27,272 nt of DNA from a virus (Duplodnaviria; Caudoviricetes), in IMG/VR virus record IMGVR_UViG_3300031472_000034, positions 1 to 27,272 of that record; one strand, given 5' to 3'. Made by a program: the position numbers and the translations under genes. The notes beneath the pieces are model-generated. The model made no database searches. It was not told the DNA's origin and saw nothing but the letters and a program-made list of their open reading frames with translations. Shown piece by piece: positions 15,224 through 23,755 of this stretch (positions within the stretch are counted from its first letter, which is position 1; each line of letters opens with the position of its first letter).

Positions 15224-16813
15224 TTAAAGGAAGCTGCCCGTGAGCGTGCCGCTCGCGTCGACCGAGTTGACGATGCGGCGGATCGTCTTGAGAAACGCGA
15301 GCTGCGACGTCGCGAACATCTCGCCCACGTCGGTCGTGGCCGGCTGGTTGTTCGACGCGCCGAGCGTGACTTTATAACCGCTGATGCGTCGCGCGCGCTT
15401 GAGGTTGCCGTAAGCCGTCTCGAGCGCTTTCTTGGCCTGCGCGCGCGTCCCGATCGTATCTTCATCGGCATCGTCGCCTTGAAGCGCTTCGAGATACGGC
15501 TGAAGCACCGCAAAGCCGAGCAGCATGATGAAGTTGCTCATCCGAACAAAGTTCGCTTGGCCGGTCGCGTCCTGGGCGCCACTCGCGTTGTTGCCATTCG
15601 CCATGACGAACTGCCCCGAGACCTGCTTCCAGTAGGTCGTCCCCGAGAGGCTGAGCTGGCTCGCCTCGCTGACGTTTGGCGACGTGCCGTCCTCGACCGA
15701 AAGGATCAGCGTGGCCGCGACCTTGTTCGCGAACGACTCTTCGGGCGCGCGAGATGCTTGCATGGCACACGAGAAGCCCATCGACGAGACGAGTCGCACC
15801 TGACCCATGATCCGGTCGAAGATGTTGACGAACTTCTTGACCGTAATCATGTCGGACTGCAACATCGCGTTCGCGGTCTTGGTCGCGATGAGATTGGTCG
15901 TTGTGGTGAATGCCGGAAAGGCGTAGATCCCCATCGCGAGGTTCGCTTTCGCGAATGCCTCCTGCGATGGGAACGACGCCGGATCGGTCAGCCCGCAGAC
16001 GCCGAATGTCGCGCCAGTGATATACTGCTGCGCCGCCGCGAGCCCGGACGTGGCACCCTGACTCGACGAGCCGAGCTGGATCGCGGTCGTGAGGCCGGAC
16101 GCGCCGTCCGTGCCGCCAGAAGCGGTCTGAGGGGCGGCGGCAGGAGCGCCCGCGCCAGCACCCGACGCGATCCAGACCCAATACCTCGAAGGCCCGCGCG
16201 AGCCGCCGACGCCGGAGTTGACAGCCGCCGAAAGGTTGGCGAGGAACGCTGCCTTATTGTACCCGCCGCCAACGGTCGCGTAAGCGATGATCGAGGCGAA
16301 CCGCTCGACCGATCCGTTTGCGATCGGAAGCGTCACGTCGTAGAGCGGATTCGTCGTCGTCGAAAGCAGGCTCGGAACCGTGACGTTCTGGCCGCTATTC
16401 CCGCGCGTTCCCTCACTGATGCCGATGTAGAACCCGAGCTGCGCGCCAGTCGTGTCGACCATCGGCATCTGGGCGGCCGTTTCGGTACCATCGCGTTGCG
16501 GGACGAGCACGATCGACGATAGGGCGAAGCCGGGATCCGCCGCGCACATCGCCTGCTCGAGCAACGGAGACCCGTACGGCTGACCGTTGACGAGCGGGTA
16601 CGAGCCCCCGATTGCATCCCAAAGAGAGCCATCATCCGTGCCGCTGACGATCGGGACGTTCGCCTTCCCCCACGTCGCCGGTCCGTAGAGGACGACAGTC
16701 GAGGTCGTGATGTTGCCAACACTGCTCGATGCGACGGGAGCCTTGTAGCCGTAGACCCCGTCGGCGGCAGGGACGTTGTACGGCGAATCGAGGATGGATC
16801 CAAGAAAGGACAT
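15224..16813 (-). CDS. Contractile tail sheath protein
   Basis: 529 aa; GVY...V..VVLYGPATWGKANVP, SGGTDGASG, SPEES.ANK-like segment, NFVRMSNFI, GASNNQP; SD GAGGT. Confidence 0.88.
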   Translation of the reverse strand: MSFLGSILDSPYNVPAADGVYGYKAPVASSSVGNITTSTVVLYGPATWGKANVPIVSGTDDGSLWDAIGGSYPLVNGQPYGSPLLEQAMCAADPGFALSSIVLVPQRDGTETAAQMPMVDTTGAQLGFYIGISEGTRGNSGQNVTVPSLLSTTTNPLYDVTLPIANGSVERFASIIAYATVGGGYNKAAFLANLSAAVNSGVGGSRGPSRYWVWIASGAGAGAPAAAPQTASGGTDGASGLTTAIQLGSSSQGATSGLAAAQQYITGATFGVCGLTDPASFPSQEAFAKANLAMGIYAFPAFTTTTNLIATKTANAMLQSDMITVKKFVNIFDRIMGQVRLVSSMGFSCAMQASRAPEESFANKVAATLILSVEDGTSPNVSEASQLSLSGTTYWKQVSGQFVMANGNNASGAQDATGQANFVRMSNFIMLLGFAVLQPYLEALQGDDADEDTIGTRAQAKKALETAYGNLKRARRISGYKVTLGASNNQPATTDVGEMFATSQLAFLKTIRRIVNSVDASGTLTGSFL

Positions 16814-16911
16814 GCGCTATACCTCGCAGTGGCGCGCAGGTTGAAAGAGGCTCTACGCGAGAGCGATCGGCACAGGCATGCGCCAGCCAGCGAGAGCCGC
16901 CGGCGAGGTTA

Positions 16912-17175
16912 CTACGGCTTCGGCGCCGCTCCGAGAACCGGTCCGTTGGGCACGCTTGCAATCGGCGGAGCGGCGACGCGCGCGACGGGCACATCCGAAA
17001 CATCCGATTTCGGCGCTTCCGCAGGCTTCTTCATCTCGCCGGCGCGTACGACGTACTGCCGGAGATGCGGGTGCTCGTCCTCGAGCTTCTGCGCGGTCTC
17101 TTCGTCGAGCGTGTCGCCCTTGTAGAGCTTCTTGTCGCCGATCACGATGTGATCGTCTGCAATGACGTGGTACAT
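16912..17175 (-). CDS. Small hypothetical virion-module protein (87 aa)
   Basis: ATG 1 nt after the upstream stop; MYHVIADDHIVIGDKKLYKGDTL...; Pro/Ala-rich tail. Confidence 0.65.
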   Translation of the reverse strand: MYHVIADDHIVIGDKKLYKGDTLDEETAQKLEDEHPHLRQYVVRAGEMKKPAEAPKSDVSDVPVARVAAPPIASVPNGPVLGAAPKP

Positions 17176-17176
17176 G

Positions 17177-18052
17177 CTACGGCCCCCCGATGAGTTGCTC
17201 GTTGGTCGATTGACCCGAAGTTGCCGTCGCCGTGATGGCGACGATCGGCGTAAGCCGTAGCGGCACGACGAGGTCATATCTGGCGTTGAAAAAGAGATCG
17301 GCCCGCAGAAGCGAGTCGGTCTCGAGATTTTCGTTCGTCCGCCGCGGGCCCGAGACGTAGCGCGTCATGCAGAACGTCCCGTCGCCAAGTGGAAGCCAGA
17401 CGTCCTCGGATTCGTCGGTCCCGATCGCGTTGACGATCGCCTCCGGCACGTTCGCACGCAACGCCTTGCTGCTCGTCCATAGGGTCATCTGGACTCGCTG
17501 GACGCGCTGGGCCTTGCGCCGTAACGCAGACGCTGCGAGAACCGGCTTAACGACCGTGGCGGCTGCTCCGCTCACGCCGATCGTCGTACCGTTCGCGGTG
17601 ACCGAGAACGTAACGTCGGCGTCCATGACAGCGCTGAACTGCTGCGACACGCGAGCCGCAAGAGTCGCGAGCGTATCGGTCGCCGCGACCACGACGTAGC
17701 GATCGACCTCGACGCCCGCGGCGTTACGAACGATCACGTGAAGCGCGTTCCCGGCCACGATCACGCCGCCGAGCTCAAATGATGTCCTCGTGAGAGCCGT
17801 AACGGTCAAGCCGTTCGCCGCGGGTTTCGGGACGAGGCGTGCCGGACGAGTGGTTCGCGGCGATGGCCCGCTCGGCTCGACCGCCACGACATCGAGAACG
17901 TAGCCGCCACCGCGCGCAACGCTGCCGAGCTCGCCCGCATCGGTCCAGCCGTTCACCATCGGTGACGGAATCGGGGTCGTGATGTCGGCTGCCGTGACCG
18001 CATCGTAGGCAGCCGTAACGTGCGCGCTCAGGACCGCGTCGAGGCGAGTCAT
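17177..18052 (-). CDS. Putative tail terminator / tail completion protein
   Basis: Position upstream of the sheath; GW...L at the N-terminus, RRKAQRVQRVQMTLWT and LLRADLFFNARY at the C-terminus. Confidence 0.55.
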   Translation of the reverse strand: MTRLDAVLSAHVTAAYDAVTAADITTPIPSPMVNGWTDAGELGSVARGGGYVLDVVAVEPSGPSPRTTRPARLVPKPAANGLTVTALTRTSFELGGVIVAGNALHVIVRNAAGVEVDRYVVVAATDTLATLAARVSQQFSAVMDADVTFSVTANGTTIGVSGAAATVVKPVLAASALRRKAQRVQRVQMTLWTSSKALRANVPEAIVNAIGTDESEDVWLPLGDGTFCMTRYVSGPRRTNENLETDSLLRADLFFNARYDLVVPLRLTPIVAITATATSGQSTNEQLIGGP

Positions 18053-18099
18053 GGGGAATCAGCCATCAATTCCTCGCGCAAAGTTGGCGCATGTCGTCG

Positions 18100-18336
18100 T
18101 CAGTCGTCTTCGAGCAGCCAAGCTTTCGCCTTATCGACCATCATGTTCGCGTTCGCGACCGTAAGCGCACGGTCGCCGAAGAATCGAAGCTTCCCGGTAT
18201 CGCCGTCGCGCGAGATCGCGAAAACTTGCGCGTCGTCGGGAAGAGCGCTAAGTCGCGCCATGAGATCCGCTCGCGACGCAACCCGCTCGAACGCGGCGTC
18301 GACCCGCTGCGCGAACGTCTTATCGTCATTGCTCAC
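18100..18336 (-). CDS. Hypothetical protein (78 aa)
   Basis: GTG 4 nt after the upstream stop; MSNDDKTFAQRVDAAFERV...AKAWLLEDD. Confidence 0.55.
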   Translation of the reverse strand: MSNDDKTFAQRVDAAFERVASRADLMARLSALPDDAQVFAISRDGDTGKLRFFGDRALTVANANMMVDKAKAWLLEDD

Positions 18337-18340
18337 GGCG

Positions 18341-19117
18341 TCACGTTCCAATGTTAACAAGCAACATGATCGTCCCGAAGAATCCGCTGTAGCGCGTGGT
18401 CGCTTCGAGAACGAGGTATCGCTTCGACCCGACCGCGATCTCGTCGCGCTCTTGGATCGGTAGCGCTGGCGTGTAGCCGACAAACCGCGTCGCATCGCTT
18501 GAGGTCGGCTGCGCGTCTTCGCGAGACTGCCCCGTGCGACTTGTCGGCTCGATCCCAATCGGTACTTGGGCTGGCGTCGAGCCTGCCGGCTGGAAGGCGT
18601 AGGTCCCAGCGGTGAGCGTCAGGACATCCCCATCGGCCGTCGGGCCTTCCTCGACGTCCGCCTCCTCGTCCGAGACGATGTACGGGCCGGCGTTCGCTGT
18701 CGGCAGCGCCGAGGCCGCAGCTCGAGCGGGCGCGTCGACCGGCCGCGTGATCGTCGCGACCGACTCGGTCCGGACGAACAGTGCCTCGCGGGTCGGCCGG
18801 TGCTGGACGTACACGAAAGCCGCGCCGTCGAGCAGCGCGTTCGTCCCGTACTCCGACAGCACGTCCCCGAACTGCAGCCGCGTCCAATCGCAGTCGCCCT
18901 CGAAGATCACGAGCGAGAACGGCTCGTCCTCGATCACTTTCTTGCTGGTCGTCCGTTCAAGCACGACCGGAAAGCTCGATATAACGGGCGGCTGCGTCAA
19001 GATCGAACCGTTACTGCGTTGCGTAAGGCGGCGAACGTCGTAGCGCTGCCCGGTAATGCCGGCCGCGACCCCGCCTCCATAACCGATGATCCGATCGAGA
19101 TAGGAAGTGTATGCCAC
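18341..19117 (-). CDS. Putative head closure / head-tail joining protein
   Basis: Neck-region synteny; GTG start with SD GAGGT; two beta-barrel-like halves (LQFGDVL; IQERDEIAVGSKRYLV). Confidence 0.55.
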   Translation of the reverse strand: MAYTSYLDRIIGYGGGVAAGITGQRYDVRRLTQRSNGSILTQPPVISSFPVVLERTTSKKVIEDEPFSLVIFEGDCDWTRLQFGDVLSEYGTNALLDGAAFVYVQHRPTREALFVRTESVATITRPVDAPARAAASALPTANAGPYIVSDEEADVEEGPTADGDVLTLTAGTYAFQPAGSTPAQVPIGIEPTSRTGQSREDAQPTSSDATRFVGYTPALPIQERDEIAVGSKRYLVLEATTRYSGFFGTIMLLVNIGT

Positions 19118-19144
19118 GACGCTACCTCGACCGGACCTGAGTTC

Positions 19145-19699
19145 TTACGACGCCTTGGCGGCGGGCGGCGGGACAATCTTCGCGTCGGTCGCGGTCGCGG
19201 TCGCGGGCGGAGCCATCGGGGCCGGGGCCGGCTTCTTTACCGACCCAACTTCCTTTGCGCTCTCATCGGCATGCGCCTGACGGATCGCCTTCCAGTCAAC
19301 ATCCTCGGCGTCTTCGGGCTTCTTGGACTCCTCAATCTCGTAGTGGTCGAGGATCCCCTTCGCCACTGCGCGCGTGTAGCGGAGCTCCGACCGGAGCTTC
19401 GCATCCACGACCGGCTTCGGATGATGCTCCGAGGCCGCGTAGCCCATCTCGGCCCAGATGAATCGGCACGCGGAACTGATCGCGACGTGCTGCACCATCT
19501 GGTACATCGCCTCGGTCCCCTTCGCGCCAGTCGGCGGTAGCGCGTCAACGGAATCGCGCTTACCGAGCAGCGAATCGCACGCCTGGATCATCGCTTCGAG
19601 GACGGGCTTGCCGAAGTCGATATCGCCATCATAGACGCGATTCGCGCCCATGGCCGCAAGCGAGATTTCCTTGGAAACGGGTTCGATTTCGTTGGGCAT
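19145..19699 (-). CDS. Hypothetical protein (184 aa)
   Basis: ATG with SD AAGGA; coding-like composition; Pro/Ala/Thr-rich C-terminal tail. Confidence 0.65.
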   Translation of the reverse strand: MPNEIEPVSKEISLAAMGANRVYDGDIDFGKPVLEAMIQACDSLLGKRDSVDALPPTGAKGTEAMYQMVQHVAISSACRFIWAEMGYAASEHHPKPVVDAKLRSELRYTRAVAKGILDHYEIEESKKPEDAEDVDWKAIRQAHADESAKEVGSVKKPAPAPMAPPATATATDAKIVPPPAAKAS

Positions 19700-19735
19700 G
19701 AGGCTTCCTTTCGCGCCGCGATGCGGCCGAGCGAT

Positions 19736-19770
19736 TTGATATGCTCCCCGGCCTGAACGCCGGGGTTTCC
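19736..19770 (-). mobile_element. IS200/IS605-family right-end-like hairpin remnant
   Basis: Minus strand GGAAA-CCCCGGC-GTTCAG-GCCGGGG-AGCATA-TCAA: GAAN, hairpin with TTCAG loop, AG, terminal TCAA. No tnpA or tnpB in the window. Confidence 0.45.
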
Positions 19771-19791
19771 GCCGCGACGCGGAACGATGAT

Positions 19792-20610
19792 CTAAGCGAT
19801 CGCGCCTCTACCGCGCCGACCACCCGAGAGAAACGTCGCCCCATTGGCGCCAAAGAAAAACTGCGCGAGCCGCAGGCGGTAAAAGTTGTAGACTTGCAGC
19901 CGCTTATCGGCCTCGTTTTGCGCGAACGCGACCTTCTGCACAGACGCAAGCTGCGCCACGTCAGAAGCCGACGCGATCTTCGACTCGAGGTAGTCACAGA
20001 TCGGGACCAGCCCGTATACGGAGACCGGATTGCCGCTCGGTTCCTGGAACGCCTGAGAGACGGTCGGGAGTGTGCCTTGCGACGCGACGTAGGCTCCAAG
20101 GGCCGCAGGCGAAAGCGAGATATTGAACGCGACGGGAGTGAGGGCCTGAATCGTCAAGGATGCCTGCGACGCCGAGCGCAACCCGCCCGCTTCGTGCGGG
20201 CCAGCGGTCGCGACGTACGGCGAGCTCGTCATGTTGATGGCGAGCGCGAGATTCGTCGTGATCTGAAAGAGTGGCTCGATTGTTGTAAGGTCGTACGGCG
20301 TCGGGGCGTATGACCCGAGATCAATCGGCATCTCGGTGCCGCCGGTCATTGCCAACGCCGACACGCCGAGCGATGATCCGGCAAGGACCTGGCCCGTCAG
20401 CACGATCTCGGCGATCGGCAAGCCCGTCAATACCGACTCTTCCGACGGACTGAGATTGAGCAGCCGCTCGCTCAGCGCGCCGGGCTGCGAGTAATACGGG
20501 ACCGACGGATCGTACGCCGCCAGCCCGTAGCTGAACGAATTGTTCGCGATCCCCATGACCGGGACGTTGAGGTGGCGCGAGATCGCGGTGATCATCGATT
20601 CCGATAACAC
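19792..20610 (-). CDS. Putative head-tail adaptor protein
   Basis: Second gene after the capsid; helical N- and C-termini (MLSESMITAISRHL..., ERLLNLSPSEESVL, NEADKRLQVYNFYRLRLAQFF) flank a beta-rich insert. Confidence 0.55.
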   Translation of the reverse strand: MLSESMITAISRHLNVPVMGIANNSFSYGLAAYDPSVPYYSQPGALSERLLNLSPSEESVLTGLPIAEIVLTGQVLAGSSLGVSALAMTGGTEMPIDLGSYAPTPYDLTTIEPLFQITTNLALAINMTSSPYVATAGPHEAGGLRSASQASLTIQALTPVAFNISLSPAALGAYVASQGTLPTVSQAFQEPSGNPVSVYGLVPICDYLESKIASASDVAQLASVQKVAFAQNEADKRLQVYNFYRLRLAQFFFGANGATFLSGGRRGRGAIA

Positions 20611-20628
20611 GCGCCGCCCCTTCCGATC

Positions 20629-20976
20629 TTAGACGCGCGCCATCCGCGCGCCGGCCGTGTGCAACAGCCCAAGCGTATAGGGGTCCGAGACGACCGCGCC
20701 CTCGACGAGATGCAACGTACTTCCCGGACCCACAACCCCCGCGAAATTCGCCGACATCCGATGCGCGAAGGACGGGTCGAACGGCTGATCATCCGACGTC
20801 ACTCTCGGGGCCGCCAGAGCCGCTGCGAGCTTCATCTTGAGATCATCGGTCTCGACCATCGCGTCTTCGAGCTTCTGACGCAGCACCGTGTTCTGCGACT
20901 GAAGGGCCGCCACTTCACCACCGACCAGAGTCGATGAGTCGAGTGGCGGCACGATCCCGCCGGGAGCCGGCTGCAT
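20629..20976 (-). CDS. Hypothetical capsid-adjacent protein with coiled coil (115 aa)
   Basis: ATG 20976 with SD GGAG; EVAALQSQNTVLRQKLEDAMVETDDLKMKLAAAL heptads. The longer track start overlaps the capsid gene. Confidence 0.65.
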   Translation of the reverse strand: MQPAPGGIVPPLDSSTLVGGEVAALQSQNTVLRQKLEDAMVETDDLKMKLAAALAAPRVTSDDQPFDPSFAHRMSANFAGVVGPGSTLHLVEGAVVSDPYTLGLLHTAGARMARV

Positions 20977-21032
20977 AACCGCGTGCTCTCCGAAGGGATC
21001 GATTCCTTCAACCACGTTTCGGGGACGCCCCA

Positions 21033-22499
21033 CTAGGCCGCAGACCCCATCTCGATGAGGACCTCGCGCTTGTAGCGCGAGTAGTCCGTCGACGGGATGA
21101 CGAGGGGCGTCGAGGTGACGTCGGTCGCGACCGCGTGACCCATCTGCCACGACCACGTCTGGGTGACGACGGTCGCTTCGGGGTCGAGCGGCTGGCGGGT
21201 AACCATCTTGACGCCGTCGACGAGACGGATGTCCGTCGCGCCTGCGGGGCCGATGCTCCCCTCGTCGTCGAGATCGGCACCGGACGCGCGCTTCGCAGCG
21301 CGCTCGAACCCGAGCGACGGCGACTTCACGATGCAGCCCATCCCGCACACGAGCGCGTGACGCGCCACGACGTTAGACTGGCCCGGGATCGAGAAGACCG
21401 GGTTGTAGTTCGTCTCGACGAACTCCAACTCAAGCGCGCGGTTGGTCTGACCGCTCGTGAAGAACGACCCGACCTGACCCCACTGGCCTTGCGTGGCGGT
21501 CCGGAACCCGAGATCCTGTTCGAGGTCGGCCCAGAGCGCGGAGTCGATCATGCACGCGTACAGACCGTTCGGCATCTTCGGAACGCCGCGGAGCTTCAGC
21601 TTTGCCTTGGCCCGCGTCAGAATCGAGAGCGTGCCGAGGTCGGTGCCGGCGAGCTGCGCGCGCGAGAGCTTGCCGTTCGGGCGGATAACCGCCGAGCCAT
21701 CACTCGCCACCAGCACGTCGCCAGCCGACATTGCGAGCGTCGCGCCCGATCCCGCCGGGAGCTGAAGGATGACGTTTCCCGAGCGATCGTAGGCGGTGCC
21801 GGAACCCGCACCGGTCGAGGTATTGGTCGCATCGGGCGTCACGCCAACGACCAGCACCGTGATCGACGTATTGAACGACGTGCCGGCCTGCTGGCTGATG
21901 ATCGACGCGGCGAGCGGGTTCGCGGGGCTCGTCGGCTGCGGGACGCCAGGCGAGCCGCCAGCCGCGAGCGCGGCGGTGTAGGCCGTGTCGAACCCATTGA
22001 TATTGTCAACGTGGACCGTCATGTTGCCGCCCGTCGCGACCACCGTTCCGGCCCCTAAGGCGAACGTGTTGCCCGAGTCGGCCGCCGAGTACAAGTACTG
22101 CGCGGCGCGCGAGTCACGCGATTGCGCGGCCTGACCCGCGAGTGCTTGCCAGTTCGAGACGAACTCCGACGCGATCTTGGCCTCGTCGAGCTCGAGGTCG
22201 AGCGTCATCATGCCACGGCGCTTGGCAATCGTGGTCGTGTACTGCTCATACGAGAGTTGCTGCGGCGTGATGCCGTTGTTGAGGTCCGTGTAGACCGTCG
22301 CGGTCGGGACCACGTCTGACGTGATGGGCGGGAGCAGCGCGCGGCGGGTGAGCGTTTTGCTCTCGCCCACGCGGGCTTCGATGGGATCGGTCTCGGCAAG
22401 CTTATCGAAGCCCAAGAGCGGTTCGAGCGCGTCCTGGATCTTGCGCTCGAGGAAACCCCGCTGAACGAGCACGTTCGCAAGGGGCGGAATGAACGACAT
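21033..22499 (-). CDS. Major capsid protein (about 488 aa)
   Basis: QRGFLERKIQDAL, GESKTLTR, EQYTTTI, LAGQAAQSRD, KLRGVPKMPNGLYACMID, VTRQPLD, SRYKREVLIE; SD AGAGGA 9 nt before ATG 22499 (track uses GTG 22505). Confidence 0.85.
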   Translation of the reverse strand: MSFIPPLANVLVQRGFLERKIQDALEPLLGFDKLAETDPIEARVGESKTLTRRALLPPITSDVVPTATVYTDLNNGITPQQLSYEQYTTTIAKRRGMMTLDLELDEAKIASEFVSNWQALAGQAAQSRDSRAAQYLYSAADSGNTFALGAGTVVATGGNMTVHVDNINGFDTAYTAALAAGGSPGVPQPTSPANPLAASIISQQAGTSFNTSITVLVVGVTPDATNTSTGAGSGTAYDRSGNVILQLPAGSGATLAMSAGDVLVASDGSAVIRPNGKLSRAQLAGTDLGTLSILTRAKAKLKLRGVPKMPNGLYACMIDSALWADLEQDLGFRTATQGQWGQVGSFFTSGQTNRALELEFVETNYNPVFSIPGQSNVVARHALVCGMGCIVKSPSLGFERAAKRASGADLDDEGSIGPAGATDIRLVDGVKMVTRQPLDPEATVVTQTWSWQMGHAVATDVTSTPLVIPSTDYSRYKREVLIEMGSAA

Positions 22500-22505
22500 T
22501 GACAC

Positions 22506-22761
22506 TAATCCTCTGCGACCGCTGGTCGCGAAGTGCGAGTAGAGGACCCGTCAATGCGCCTGGCATGCTCCGGGTGAGTGCGCTCGCGCCGCCTGGGCCG
22601 AGATCGCGGGCGCCTCAACGATCAGCGCCATTGGAAAAGTTGAACCGGCCGGAGCGCGCTTGGCGCTGCGACGGCCGCATGAAACGGTGGAGATGTGTTA
22701 CCTGCGGGTTGGAACTCCGCGCCCCGGGCCTCGCGGCTTCAGGCATCTCGCGATGGTTTGC
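22506..22761 (-). promoter_or_regulatory. Structured ~255-nt capsid mRNA leader (candidate cis-regulatory RNA)
   Basis: Two GCGA-tetraloop hairpins, three CA(A/G)GC-pentaloop hairpins and an anti-SD stem (TCCTCT/AGAGGA); no convincing ORF. Confidence 0.5.
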
Positions 22762-23112
22762 CTACGCTGCGCTTGACATCGGGTCCCAGAAGCCAAGCCG
22801 ATTCACCGCATACGATGAAATGATCGATTGAATGCACTGCTCGGCAAGCACCTCGGCTCCGACTACCAATTCTCGGTCGAACCGATCGGAACTCGATATC
22901 GCGGGATCAATCAGATACACGCCACGTCGAAAGCGGCCTGATGCGGCTGCAGCATTCCATGCAAGCAGTACAACGCCCAATTCGTTGATTCGAGCAGCAA
23001 ATTCGGTTCCGTCCGGAACCGCGAACCCGAGGTCCCTGAAGCCATAGAACGCCGCCTTGGCCGACTCGTATTGAACCACTTTTGAGGGAACATCGCTAAA
23101 GCTGCTATACAC
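22762..23112 (-). CDS. Hypothetical protein (116 aa)
   Basis: GTG directly after the upstream TAA; visibly more AT-rich than the structural genes. Confidence 0.55.
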   Translation of the reverse strand: MYSSFSDVPSKVVQYESAKAAFYGFRDLGFAVPDGTEFAARINELGVVLLAWNAAAASGRFRRGVYLIDPAISSSDRFDRELVVGAEVLAEQCIQSIISSYAVNRLGFWDPMSSAA

Positions 23113-23316
23113 TTAGTCCGGCTCCTCAGTAACGAGATAGACGCGCGTGCCAGGCGTCTCACAGAGCGAACACCCAACTGGCCCGCGTTCGAGCGGGCTA
23201 TGCCACGCATACGGCTCGAGGTCAACGTCTCGGTGAACGACCATGATCTTCGAGTGACCGTCAACGACGGTCGGGACGAATTGATCAAAACGCGGGACGT
23301 CGAGGTCGTCACCCAT
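23113..23316 (-). CDS. Hypothetical protein with HxxxxxxxxxxCxxC (67 aa)
   Basis: ATG 2 nt after the upstream stop; MGDDLDVPRF...WHSPLERGPVGCSLCETP. Confidence 0.5.
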   Translation of the reverse strand: MGDDLDVPRFDQFVPTVVDGHSKIMVVHRDVDLEPYAWHSPLERGPVGCSLCETPGTRVYLVTEEPD

Positions 23317-23318
23317 AA

Positions 23319-23753
23319 CTACTCGACCCGCCGATCCATCACCGCCGCGAACGCCCAAGCCCATACAGCGTCGTAGCCCGCCTGAGCAGCAAACTTGACA
23401 AACTCATCCGCATACGCTGAAGCCTGCTTGATCCGCGCGACCATTTCGTCGCCGATGTGAATTGGGGCGTATCGACGATCGATCTGAAGCTGAGCGTCTT
23501 GTAGGGCACGTGCTTTGCTGAGGTCCCGGGCTAATTCGAAGTCCTGCTTGTCGGGACGACGATCTTCGTTATCGCGCAGCTCGTAGTACGGCACATTGCT
23601 TGATCGGAGCGGAACCGCGTGCCGTGTCCCAAACAACTCGCTCGGCGTGGAGATCTCGTAGATGTCCCAGCACGCCTTATTCGTCTCGCCTTCACCAGTG
23701 ACTTTATAGCGATAGACGGCCAGGTCACCAGGGTCTGATTCCTTCGCGTTCAC
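23319..23753 (-). CDS. Hypothetical protein (144 aa)
   Basis: GTG 2 nt after the scaffold stop (MNAKESDPGDLAVYRY...); the track start overlaps the scaffold gene. Confidence 0.6.
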   Translation of the reverse strand: MNAKESDPGDLAVYRYKVTGEGETNKACWDIYEISTPSELFGTRHAVPLRSSNVPYYELRDNEDRRPDKQDFELARDLSKARALQDAQLQIDRRYAPIHIGDEMVARIKQASAYADEFVKFAAQAGYDAVWAWAFAAVMDRRVE

Positions 23754-23755
23754 GC

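Noticed and set aside
4527-16813. Standalone extracellular contractile injection system or tailocin
   Set aside because: Terminase, portal, scaffold and capsid genes are present in the same operon, so this is a head-bearing phage or prophage. Whether it is active or domesticated cannot be judged from this window.
18100-18102. Genome-wide TGA stop-codon reassignment
   Set aside because: TGA clearly terminates other genes (6778, 8004, 9458, 13577, 18341), and long ORFs are intact under the standard code.
3457-22058. Long plus-strand ORFs such as 3457..4488, 15479..16522, 18566..19540 and 21135..22058
   Set aside because: They are Arg-rich antisense shadows of well-supported minus-strand genes, as expected in high-GC DNA.
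22685-22725. tRNA/tmRNA 3'-end fragment (att-like): GCGGAGTTCCAACCCGC...ATCTCCACCG
   Set aside because: The T-loop is not TTCRA, the spacing to the acceptor-like end is too long, there is no CCA or 5' half, and no integrase is nearby.
22720-22763. c-di-GMP-I (GEMM) riboswitch, suggested by GGCAAACC followed by a GNRA hairpin
   Set aside because: The following conserved GGnCGCAAAGC segment and tetraloop-receptor stem are absent; only the first few bases match.
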